64,000 nt of DNA. Source: Candidatus Latescibacterota bacterium (lineage in GTDB: Bacteria > Latescibacterota > UBA2968). The stretch is from contig OZ242311.1 of the NCBI GenBank assembly GCA_965207885.1, forward strand, positions 2,976,001 to 3,040,000, read 5' to 3'. Below the pieces are notes generated by a model. It was not told where the DNA came from. It worked only from the letters and a program-made list of their open reading frames with translations, and made no database searches. Every line of letters begins with the position of its first letter. The first letter of the stretch is position 1. The translations under genes and the position numbers were made by a program. This document shows, in pieces, positions 29,362 to 38,863 of this stretch.

Positions 29362-31620
29362 ATGGTCAGATCTTCTGGTCCGGATGATAGGGAAAGAACG
29401 GTGCTTTCATCAGGGGACAGGTTGATTTGCGCTGTTGTATTTTCCACAGAAAGCGCGATTTGATTTTCCGATGCAGTTATTGAAAAGTCGGGATCGCTCT
29501 CTCCGGGACCGCGAACAGAGAAAATCGCGGCAATCCGACAGCGTTCTACGCGCTCTGTCTCTGCTGTGAGATGCCATCGCTTTTCAGGCAATTCTTTATC
29601 AAGAGTTGGATATCCTTTATCTGGTGGTACTGGCCAGGCATTTGTCTGACTGAGGCGAAGGTCTGTTGATGCAAAAAGCTGACCCTTTAATGATGCGCCC
29701 TTGCGGCTGGATGTGACAGTCGTCGCATTGAGATCAAATTTTTCGAATGCGTGTAGCAACCACTGGAATGTCGATGCTTCGGGGGCTTCCAATTCATCGA
29801 CGAGAATCGTGATCGAAGGGCGGATCATCACGAGATGTCGCCTGTATCGGTTCAACCGGTCTCCGTAAGCGTTTTCGGCTTCGCCGCAGACATAGCCAAA
29901 CGGTTTTGTGGTCTTAAAATCGATAATTTCGCCGCCGCGGTTGCCATCCCGGTTGATCGCTCCTTCGCCATCGACGAGAACGCAGTTGTGTGAAACCGAG
30001 TGTTGGGCGTATTCGTTGTGAAATGGCGTGCCGTGATGCGGATACCGAAGGCCGCCAGCGCATATTAAAGCGCGTCCGCCTTTCATCACAGCAAAATCAT
30101 TCTGGCTCGCATGACCGTGGCTTACGCCGCCGAAGGGCGATGAACGGAAGAGTACCATAAAATCACTATCTGGGTGTTCGATATCGCTGTGCAATGCGCC
30201 CCAGCCAACGCCTCGAAAGACGCGGTCTTGTGGAATTAAATCTTTTTCTGGCGAGATGGGTTTATCTTCGAGCAGAATGCCCAGAAAGGGATCGATCTCT
30301 GCGGGCTGACCCTCAGGGTCGCGCACCTGATCCGCCCAGGCGCGTAGCTGATGATTGTGCAATCTAAGACCGTGAAATTGAAGAAAGGTTCTGGCCTGTG
30401 AGGCGCGAATGGGTTGGTCTTCGGTATCGCCAAATGGCATGAGTTCGCCGACTGGAGAAACGACGTAATAAAAAAAACCACGGCATGTTCTGATAATAGG
30501 GTTTTAGCCATATATCGTGTCCAGTTGCCAGTTTCCAGGCGTGAAAAGGTATTGCGTCCCGCGAGTTGTAAGACAGGCCATAGGGTACGCCCTGTGCCCA
30601 ACCTCCTTCGTGTCCGGCCCAATGGGGGAAATTTGTGGCAATAAGTTTGAGTGCATATTCCGCCCAGGAGGGAGCGCGTTCATCTTCGGCACATGCAATG
30701 GCGTGTTCGAGCAAAAATCCCGGTAGGCGACCGTTGTGGCTCTCTGCGGGCGTGAATGTATAATCGTGTTTCTCCAGCCTGCGAATCATCTGATCTGCCC
30801 GCGCGCCGAGCATGCGCGCGACGAGTTCGCGTTCGTTTTCGGTGAAAATATCATAGATCCAGTCATAGACTTCTGCGCCTGCTCTGAGCAATCCGAGGCC
30901 GACTTCGTCGCCATAAGGCGCGAGAATAGAGGATATGCCCTCCACATCCCACTGCGCGGCGTCAACAATAAAGCGCCGTGCGGCTTCGCCATATCGCTTT
31001 TCTCCAGTGAGTAAATAAAAGAGGGCGAGTGTTCGCATGCCTTCATCGTGAAATTTTCGCATGGTGCCAAAACATGCGACATAAGCCAGCCTGCGTTCGG
31101 CGGGGTCTTCAATCTGGTCGTATGTCGGCTCTGATGGCAGTTCGAGTGTGAGCGCGTGGTCGGCGTCGTTTCTCAGTGCTTCGAATGCTTCGGATCGAGT
31201 CGATGTTAGCGAGCGCCGCACATCTTCCAGGTCAGATGCCAGAAAGAAGAGACGCGGGCGTTCTTTTGGGACGTTTGCCAGCAGTGTAGCGGCGTCCGGG
31301 TGAGGTTGTTCGGTAGCGCAATCGGCAATTTCAAAAGATCGGGATTCCGAGCGCGCTCGAACCGCGCCACTTACAACGGCTTGCACATGCCATTCGTAAG
31401 TTCCGGGTGCAAAAACGCAATCTGGATGGTGTATGGGATCGGAGAGCAGAGGAGATTCGTAGTAGGATTTTCCAGCGCGTGCGACAATGACGCGATATTG
31501 ACATGCACCCCGATCAGCAGCCCGCCACCAGCTAAATCCGGGGGGTGAGAGTGTGAGCGTTTCACCGTCAAGTGGTCGGATATAATTGGCGCGCGGCGGA
31601 CGAATTGATGGAAATTCCAT
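29352..31620 (-). pseudogene. Heparinase II/III-like (DUF4962) lyase split by a single-base frameshift
   Basis: ORFs 30364-31620 and 29352-30440 join into one reading (..PWFFYYVVSPVGELMPFGD..) if one T is removed from the T8 run at 30470-30477. SHGHASQNDF and SHNCVLVDG lyase motifs. Confidence 0.8.
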
Positions 31621-31639
31621 ATTTATGTCCTTTCTGTTT

Positions 31640-32800
31640 TTAAGACCACAATTCCGTGCCTTCGGGCAGGTGTTCTAATATTTCTTCTTCGTCTAATTCA
31701 ATGCCCAACCCGGGACCATCTGGCACGGTGATGTATCCATTTTGAATTGGATTTTTGATATTCAACATCTTTGACCAGAGAGGGATATTAGCGGAGTGAT
31801 ATTCCAGAGCCAGAAAGTTGGGTATGGTGGAACATATATGCACGGCTGCTATGCCGGCTACTGTGCTCGCCATATAATGCGGTGCGATTGACATGTGATA
31901 CATTTCTGCCAATTCTGCGATGCGCCGCGTTTCTATGGCACCACCACTGCGCGGTATGTCGGGTTCGAGCAGGTCGCACGCGCCTTTTTCCATGAGTTCT
32001 CGAAATAGCTTTGCGCCATAAAATATCTCGCCTGTACAGATTGGTGTTTCTGTTTGCATGCAAATTTTTGCCAGGGCATCTACGTTACCCCATTCCCATC
32101 GGATCGGGTCTTCCAACCACAATAAGTCGAGGTGTTCCACATCTTTGCATATCCGCAAACCATCAATCGCGTTAAATGATCCGTGCAGGTCTATCGATAA
32201 ATCGATATACGGTCCGATTGCATCGCGCAACGCTTCAATGGTCGTTACAATATGTTCGTGTTGCCGTCGTCCGACAGACCGGTCGTACACGTCTATTTTC
32301 CAGGGGTTGGGTACGTCCAGATCGAATTTTAGGGCTGTAAATCCTTCGGCAACGCGCTCTTTTGCCCGCGCCACATAGCTCGATGTTTCATATACGGAGT
32401 CTAATTCACCCGATGCCCGCACTTCATCCCAGCATCGATTATAGTCTTCTGGTGTCCAGTACGCGCCTGAATGGCAGTCGCAATACATCCGCACCTTGTC
32501 GCGTAGTTTTCCGCCCAGGAGGTCGCACATCGGTACGCCCAGTGCTTTGCCTTTAATATCCCAGAGTGCGATTTCCACTCCGGCACCAGCGCCCTGCATA
32601 CGCCACAGATGATCGTGATGCAATTGGTTTACATTGGTCGGGTCTTGTCCGATTAGCGTATTCTTGAGTTGATCAACCGATTGTCCTCCGCGCCATTCAC
32701 CCAATCCTTCAATGCCTTCATCGGTGATAATTTTCAATAACGACCAGTGGCGGCATGCAGCCCCCAGAGAGGGTGTTTTTTGTATATCTACGATTTTCAT
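31640..32800 (-). CDS. Mandelate racemase/enolase-superfamily acid-sugar dehydratase
   Basis: EIALWDIKGK, LLGGK, KFD, DLHG, WLEDP and TGE. Confidence 0.85.
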   Translation of the reverse strand: MKIVDIQKTPSLGAACRHWSLLKIITDEGIEGLGEWRGGQSVDQLKNTLIGQDPTNVNQLHHDHLWRMQGAGAGVEIALWDIKGKALGVPMCDLLGGKLRDKVRMYCDCHSGAYWTPEDYNRCWDEVRASGELDSVYETSSYVARAKERVAEGFTALKFDLDVPNPWKIDVYDRSVGRRQHEHIVTTIEALRDAIGPYIDLSIDLHGSFNAIDGLRICKDVEHLDLLWLEDPIRWEWGNVDALAKICMQTETPICTGEIFYGAKLFRELMEKGACDLLEPDIPRSGGAIETRRIAELAEMYHMSIAPHYMASTVAGIAAVHICSTIPNFLALEYHSANIPLWSKMLNIKNPIQNGYITVPDGPGLGIELDEEEILEHLPEGTELWS

Positions 32801-32813
32801 GTTACCTCCTATT

Positions 32814-34214
32814 TCAGTATCCCCAAATCCGCTTTTTTGGTCGCTCCATTTCGATTAGACGTTTGATCAATAGATGCCGATGTTCAATCAGCGCGGTTGT
32901 GTGGTCTGGAGCATGCGACACATCGCGGTATTCGCCCCATTCGGCGTTGAGGTTATAGAGAAATTCCCGTCCATCGTCATGCGCGATATAGCGATAGTTC
33001 TCAGACCGTATCATTTTCCAGCCCGTGGCTTCCATCAATGCGACTGATTTGTCCGGATCTTTTCCCCCGCTGAATACGGGATATAGCGATTGGCCCTGTA
33101 AATGGGGCGGGAGGGGTACACCACAGGCTTCGAGCAGGGTGGGGAGTACATCGACGCCTTCGACGATGCTCGATACGCGACGTCCGCTTTCTTTTTTTGG
33201 GATGCGCATCAACAGGGGGACGCGGCTGACACAATCGTGTCCCGGGTAGTTTTTTCCATAGCGCAAATGTTCACCCAGCCATTCGCCGTGGTCGGATGTG
33301 AAGACCACGATTGTTTCATCTGCAATGCCCAATTCATCCAGCGCGTCTAACATGCGGCCCACATGGTGATCGACTTCGCTGACCATGCCGTAATATCCCT
33401 GTCGCGCCAAGCGAAGCTCGCGATCGTCGTAGTGGTTCTCATTGCGCTTTTCATCGATTTCTGGCGGGAAGGATGGCAGGGTCATTTGATCGGGGTCGTA
33501 TAAATCCAGGAAACGCTGTGGCGCAACCCAGGGCGAATGCGGGGAATAAATTCCCGCGATGCACAAAAATGGTCTGCCTTCACGCGCGCGTTCCGCCATA
33601 TATTGAATTGATCGGTTCGCCACCCACGCCGTGTGTGTGTATTCATCTTTTCCGCGAAAGGGGATGGGGTGTTTGGGAAATCGTTCGTCGGGGTGATGCA
33701 CACCGTCTTTTACGCCCATCATCTGGTGCCAGCGCTCTGCCAATGGCGGCAATCCCAGGCTCAAATGATCGAGTTGGTCCGGTGCTTCCATGCGTACCCA
33801 GGCGCGATAAGCGTCTTCGTAACAGCCAGGTTCGTCGCTGATCTCCAGATGGTTAAATCCATAATCGGGGTGTGTTTCGCTGTGGTCCCGGTTAGCGTGT
33901 GGCAAAAAGTGCAATTTGCCGATATTTGCGGAGTGATATCCCGAATTGTGCAGCAATTTGGGAAATGTCACAAAGTCTTCGGGTACGGGTACACCCATGT
34001 GTGTAATGCCGAGTGTGGAGGGATATTGCCCGGTCAAAAAGCTCACCCGACTGGGCATGCACACGGGGTTCTGGACAAAGTAGTGGTCAAAGTTTATACC
34101 CTCGTTTGCCAGGCGATCCAGATTCGGTGTCTGGATATCGGTGTTCCCATTCACGCCCATGGCATCCCACCGCTGTTGGTCGGTGTAAATCAATAAGATA
34201 TTCGGTCGTTTCAT
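32814..34214 (-). CDS. Sulfatase (Cys-type, no signal peptide)
   Basis: PNILLIYTDQQR, CMPSRVSFLTG, GKLH and TSDHG. Confidence 0.92.
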   Translation of the reverse strand: MKRPNILLIYTDQQRWDAMGVNGNTDIQTPNLDRLANEGINFDHYFVQNPVCMPSRVSFLTGQYPSTLGITHMGVPVPEDFVTFPKLLHNSGYHSANIGKLHFLPHANRDHSETHPDYGFNHLEISDEPGCYEDAYRAWVRMEAPDQLDHLSLGLPPLAERWHQMMGVKDGVHHPDERFPKHPIPFRGKDEYTHTAWVANRSIQYMAERAREGRPFLCIAGIYSPHSPWVAPQRFLDLYDPDQMTLPSFPPEIDEKRNENHYDDRELRLARQGYYGMVSEVDHHVGRMLDALDELGIADETIVVFTSDHGEWLGEHLRYGKNYPGHDCVSRVPLLMRIPKKESGRRVSSIVEGVDVLPTLLEACGVPLPPHLQGQSLYPVFSGGKDPDKSVALMEATGWKMIRSENYRYIAHDDGREFLYNLNAEWGEYRDVSHAPDHTTALIEHRHLLIKRLIEMERPKKRIWGY

Positions 34215-34345
34215 GCTCTTCCTTTCTTTTATGGGATAAGGTTGTCCATAATACCCAAATTTGCCGCCAAAATCCACTGCCTTTTCCCTTGACACATCGT
34301 CCTTTTGATGCGACTTTGACGGACCTTTGGTGACATATATAAACT

Positions 34346-35767
34346 GTGGAGTTGAGTGTGAAAAAAATGACGTATTTTATCATTGTGGTCACTTTTTTAA
34401 CGGGATCTGTTTGGGCGTCAGATACGGTTGACCTGGTGGTGTTGCATATCAATGATACACACGGGAAATTGTCTCCCTATAATTTGGGAGGGCACAATAT
34501 TGGGGGAATAGGCCGTTTGTCAACGCTGGTAAAGCAGGTTCGCGCAGAAAACCCCGGGCGCGTTTTGCTTTTGCATGCGGGTGATATTTTTTCGCGTGGA
34601 GATCCTGTGGTGATTTATACGGGGGGATATGTGAATCTGTTGGCTTTTGAAAAAATGGGCTTTGATGCCATTACACCGGGCAATGGAGAGTTTTATTTTG
34701 GGATTGAGAATCTGAAGCGTCAGACCTCGCGCGTATCCACGCCTTTTGTTCACGCAAATGTGACGTATAAGCATCACAATGGACCGATTTTTCCACCGTA
34801 TCTGATCAAAGAAGTTCAAGGTGTGAAAGTGGGGATTTTGGGCCTTGGTCTTATTCGCCCCTGGCATCAGTCGTCTCAGACGTTGAAGTTGAATGACGCA
34901 GTAGAGACGGCGAAGCAATACATGCCAGAATTGCGCCCAAAGGTCGATTTTTTGATTGCCTTGACGCATATAGGCGTCAAGAACGACAGTTTATTGGCCG
35001 TGGCTGTGCCCGAATTGGATTTGATTGTGGGCGGGGATACTCACACGCGGTTAAATACGCCTTCGCGTATCGCACGGGCAAATGGGAATGGGAGCGTGTC
35101 CATAGTGCAAGCGCGGCATTATTACCAGTTTTTGGGGCGTGTGGATGTGCTATTGCAAAAGGCTGCGCGTGGCTATCGGGTGATGGGGTTGAATGGAAAA
35201 TTGTTGCCTCTGCACGAGCAAATTGCGCGCGATTCAGAGGTTGAATCGCTCATTGATAAATACGCCAGACCCTTAGATGAAGTGATTTGTCGAACGGAAC
35301 GCGACTTGCCCAATGCGCGAGATGGTAGGTCGGCATTGGGCGATCTGGTGGGACAGGCGGTGTTGCATCAAACGCGGGCCGATGTTGCGATTCTGGAACG
35401 CAATGGGGATACGCACGGTGTTGCCGCGGGCGATATTTTTCTGAACGATATTTATCGTTTGCGGCAATACAGACCACCCGTAATGCTCACACGCCTTTCG
35501 AGGGATCAGATTCAGGCGGTTCTTGGGGCGCGGATGTATCTGACAGCGGGTTGCTCGTTTGATCGCGAGGATAAAACCATCGCAAATCTGAAGATAGAGG
35601 CAAAACCCAATTCTGCGGGTACCTATCTCGTCGCAATGGAAAGACAGGTTGCATTTCGCCATTTTCTCCGCGATGCCGCATCTGATTCTGTTGCATTCGA
35701 TTTTACGGGGCAGCGTGTGGATACGGCACTTGAGCGATATTTGCGCGATGTGAAGATAATTCGTTGA
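34346..35767 (+). CDS. Secreted 5'-nucleotidase/metallophosphatase-family protein
   Basis: LHINDTHG, LHAGD, GNGEF, LTHIG and GGDTH. Signal peptide present; start codon uncertain. Confidence 0.8.
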   Translation: MELSVKKMTYFIIVVTFLTGSVWASDTVDLVVLHINDTHGKLSPYNLGGHNIGGIGRLSTLVKQVRAENPGRVLLLHAGDIFSRGDPVVIYTGGYVNLLAFEKMGFDAITPGNGEFYFGIENLKRQTSRVSTPFVHANVTYKHHNGPIFPPYLIKEVQGVKVGILGLGLIRPWHQSSQTLKLNDAVETAKQYMPELRPKVDFLIALTHIGVKNDSLLAVAVPELDLIVGGDTHTRLNTPSRIARANGNGSVSIVQARHYYQFLGRVDVLLQKAARGYRVMGLNGKLLPLHEQIARDSEVESLIDKYARPLDEVICRTERDLPNARDGRSALGDLVGQAVLHQTRADVAILERNGDTHGVAAGDIFLNDIYRLRQYRPPVMLTRLSRDQIQAVLGARMYLTAGCSFDREDKTIANLKIEAKPNSAGTYLVAMERQVAFRHFLRDAASDSVAFDFTGQRVDTALERYLRDVKIIR

Positions 35768-35809
35768 GACTTTTGTTGGCCTCCTATTCACTGATTTCAG
35801 GAGATTGCA

Positions 35810-37099
35810 ATGCATTACAAAACACCGATTACCGATGTTCAGATTGAAGCCAATTTCGAGCACGCTGCCGAACAGTACGCCGCTTTTGGCGTGGATATTG
35901 AACGGGCTGTGGATAGAGCACTCGAAGTGCCGATCTCGCTCCATTGCTGGCAGGGTGACGATGTGGCGGGTTTTGAAGTCAAAGATGAAGCCGTTGAAGG
36001 TGGCGGCATTATGGCTACGGGCAATTATCCCGGTCGCGCGCGTAGTGGGGATGAGCTTCGCCGAGACCTGAAAAAAGTGGTTGATCTGTTGCCCGGACCA
36101 CACAGGGCGAATATCCACGCCTCTTATAGTGATACGGGTGGCAAAGTCGTCGATCGCGACGCCCTGGAGCCTGAGCACTTTGCGAGCTGGATCGATTGGG
36201 CAAAGGCATACGATATCGGTATTGATTTTAATCCCACCTATTTTGCACATCCCAAGGCGAATGATGGTTTTACCCTGAGCCATCCCGACAAAGGTATTCG
36301 CGATTTCTGGATTCGACACGCTATTGCGAGCCGCCGCATTTCTGAAGCCATTGGAAAAGCACTGGGGGATGAGGTTGTCAACAATCACTGGATTCCCGAT
36401 GGTGCCAAAGACCATCCCGCTGACCGGTGGACGCCCCGCGAACGTCTGGTGGAAGCATTGGATACTGTTTTTGACGATGGTCTGGGGATAGGTCCCGAAT
36501 GCGTTGATGCAGTTGAAGGCAAGCTCTTTGGCCTCGGTATGGAGGATTATACGGTTGGGTCCAATGATTTTTACGCCAATTACGCGTTGACCCGGGGCGT
36601 ACTTCTCTGTCTCGATATGGGACATTTTCATCCGACTGAATCGATTGCCGACAAGCTCTCAGCGCATTTTGCATTCCACGACAAGCTGCTCATCCACACG
36701 AGCCGTCCCATTCGCTGGGACTCGGATCACGTCGTTCTATTTAGCGATGATGTGCGCCATGTTTTTTTGGAGCTCGCCCGCCACAATGCGATTGACCGCA
36801 TGTATCTCGCGCTCGATTTCTTCGATGCGAGCATCAATCGCACAGCGGCTTATGTTATTGGCACGCGCGCCACGCGCAAAGCCCTCCTCTATGGTCTCGT
36901 TGATCCGACCGACCGCCTGCGCCAACTCGAGGCCGAAGGCAAGCTCGCGCAAAAACTCGCGCTGATGGAAGATATGAAGACGATGCCATTTTCCGCTGTG
37001 TGGGATATGTGCTGCCTCAAAGCCAATGTGCCTATCGGTGCTTCCTGGCTCGATGAGATAGAGGCTTATGAGCGCGATGTGTTGTCGCAACGCGATTGA
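35810..37099 (+). CDS. rhaA: L-rhamnose isomerase
   Basis: ISLHCWQGDDVAGFE, ATGNYPGRAR, DFNPT, LDMGHFHPTE, SRPIRWDSDH and LDFFDASINR. Confidence 0.95.
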   Translation: MHYKTPITDVQIEANFEHAAEQYAAFGVDIERAVDRALEVPISLHCWQGDDVAGFEVKDEAVEGGGIMATGNYPGRARSGDELRRDLKKVVDLLPGPHRANIHASYSDTGGKVVDRDALEPEHFASWIDWAKAYDIGIDFNPTYFAHPKANDGFTLSHPDKGIRDFWIRHAIASRRISEAIGKALGDEVVNNHWIPDGAKDHPADRWTPRERLVEALDTVFDDGLGIGPECVDAVEGKLFGLGMEDYTVGSNDFYANYALTRGVLLCLDMGHFHPTESIADKLSAHFAFHDKLLIHTSRPIRWDSDHVVLFSDDVRHVFLELARHNAIDRMYLALDFFDASINRTAAYVIGTRATRKALLYGLVDPTDRLRQLEAEGKLAQKLALMEDMKTMPFSAVWDMCCLKANVPIGASWLDEIEAYERDVLSQRD

Positions 37100-37114
37100 G
37101 AAAGTCCAAATACA

Positions 37115-37148
37115 AAAACGCCCGTCAGATTGTTCTGGCGGGCGTTTT
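37115..37148. terminator. Bidirectional intrinsic terminator
   Basis: AAAACGCCCGTCAGA-TTGT-TCTGGCGGGCGTTTT between convergent genes. Confidence 0.85.
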
Positions 37149-37173
37149 ATTATGTTCAGATTGAGTTCGTCGC

Positions 37174-37992
37174 TCAAATCGTCAATGTCACATAATCTTT
37201 TTTTACGATCTCTTTTTCATAAGTATAAGACTGTGTCTCGATAAGCTCCCGCGTTTCGGGTGAAAGCCGCGCCAGTATTGAATCGGGGAATTCTCGGATT
37301 TGTCGGTGATACTGCGGGCGGTATCTGAGAATAAAGAAACGGCGATCCCGATCTTTGGGTTGCCAGGCCATTGCCCCATGTGTCATCAATTCTGTGGTTA
37401 TGACAATATCGCCGGCCCGGGCTGTAATATTTGCTACACCGGGGGGTACGTCTTTTTCGATCCATCCGTCGTTGAACACATCGGGTGGACGCTTAAAATC
37501 GCTTTTGTGCGATCCCGGCACGAGTAGCAATCCGCCATCTCCGGGCAAGACATCGGTCAGATAGATAAACACCACCAGGTCGTCGCAATAAATTTTCCCA
37601 TCGTCGCAGCTATATCGGCAGCTATATCGGCCAAAACTTTCGCGCGAACAATGCAAGCGATGAACGGGATCTTTAGCCGTATTGATCCGCACCTCACCGC
37701 TGTTTAGCCGCGGGCGCCGTCCAGATACTTCCAGCACGATAGGCCAGAATGAACGGTGAAAGACCAGCGATTCCAGTACTTTGTCAAAAGCAAAGGCGTA
37801 TTTGAATTGTGTGCGATTTTTGTCAAATAATGAGGTTGAACGCCCAAATCCTTCGGGCAGTTCATCGTCTGGGGTATTTACGTACCGATCTATAGCTTGT
37901 TGTGCAGATTTTAGTTCTGTTCGTTTAAGTGCTTGTTCCAGATGCAGATATCCCATCATATCAAATAAATAGCGCTGTGCATCTGTCATCAT
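37174..37992 (-). CDS. Phytanoyl-CoA dioxygenase (PhyH)-like Fe/2OG protein
   Basis: YLFDMMGYL, YLTDV..GDGGLLLVPGSHKS, AGD, THG and DRR. GGAGG RBS. Confidence 0.82.
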   Translation of the reverse strand: MMTDAQRYLFDMMGYLHLEQALKRTELKSAQQAIDRYVNTPDDELPEGFGRSTSLFDKNRTQFKYAFAFDKVLESLVFHRSFWPIVLEVSGRRPRLNSGEVRINTAKDPVHRLHCSRESFGRYSCRYSCDDGKIYCDDLVVFIYLTDVLPGDGGLLLVPGSHKSDFKRPPDVFNDGWIEKDVPPGVANITARAGDIVITTELMTHGAMAWQPKDRDRRFFILRYRPQYHRQIREFPDSILARLSPETRELIETQSYTYEKEIVKKDYVTLTI

Positions 37993-38014
37993 GATGACCT
38001 CCAAAGGTAGCTAT

Positions 38015-38848
38015 TCATCCATAAGCGCCATGATCTAAAAATCCGACCAGGCGTCTGAGTCTGGGGTTTGCATTGCGATAGATATGCTCGGGCATGGTGT
38101 AGTTCATAAAGGGATAGTACTTGTGCCCTATGAGCCGTCTGCCATAGGTGATTTGCGTGATGTAGCGGCTGCGATTGCTCTGATTTGGCCCCCCTCTGTG
38201 CCAGACCTGGTTGTTGAACATGATGACGCTACCGGCTTTGCCGAGGTTATAATGCACTTTGTCCTGCCATTTTTCCCATGCAACCTGGCGTGGACTTTCT
38301 CCAATGAGATGTGAGCCTGGGATGACTTCTGTGCCGCCATGTTCGATTTTTGTGACATCGGTGAGATAATAATTGCAGGTGAATACGAGTACGGGAAGAT
38401 GGATATTTGTCGGTGGCTTGCCATCGGTGACAACATAATGTGGAGAGTCGTCTTGGTGCCAGGTGGTGAGGCCGCCGCCGGGGGGCGTGATGAAGGAGTT
38501 GTTGTGTATAACGTGACAATTTGCGTCAACAAGGGCTTCGGCAAAGCTGACGATGGGTTCGAGGTCGAACAGGTTGAGGTTGGCCTGGCTGTGCTCGAAC
38601 ATGCAATGGCACAGGCGGTGGCTGGATTTGCTGCTTTGTGGGTTGAGCTTGCCATTGGGGTCTTTGTCCCGGCTGGTAAAATGCGCGAGGGACCAGTCGA
38701 GATCCGCTTTGAGTTGTGCGATGTGTTCTTCTTTCAAGACATTTTCGAGAAATAGAAACCCATCTCTGTTAAATTGTTCTACCCATTCGGAAATTTGATC
38801 TGCATCGAGTGGATAATTGGATTCAAAGCGCTGATTTTGTGGTTTCAT
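38015..38848 (-). CDS. Phytanoyl-CoA dioxygenase (PhyH)-like Fe/2OG protein
   Basis: FNRDGF, WHQD, GGTEVIPGSH and WHRGGPN..R. Confidence 0.88.
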   Translation of the reverse strand: MKPQNQRFESNYPLDADQISEWVEQFNRDGFLFLENVLKEEHIAQLKADLDWSLAHFTSRDKDPNGKLNPQSSKSSHRLCHCMFEHSQANLNLFDLEPIVSFAEALVDANCHVIHNNSFITPPGGGLTTWHQDDSPHYVVTDGKPPTNIHLPVLVFTCNYYLTDVTKIEHGGTEVIPGSHLIGESPRQVAWEKWQDKVHYNLGKAGSVIMFNNQVWHRGGPNQSNRSRYITQITYGRRLIGHKYYPFMNYTMPEHIYRNANPRLRRLVGFLDHGAYG

Positions 38849-38863
38849 AATGGCCTCCAGCAG

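Noticed and set aside
35273-36631. 452-aa minus-strand ORF
   Set aside because: Antisense shadow of rhaA and the nucleotidase gene with no recognisable motifs.
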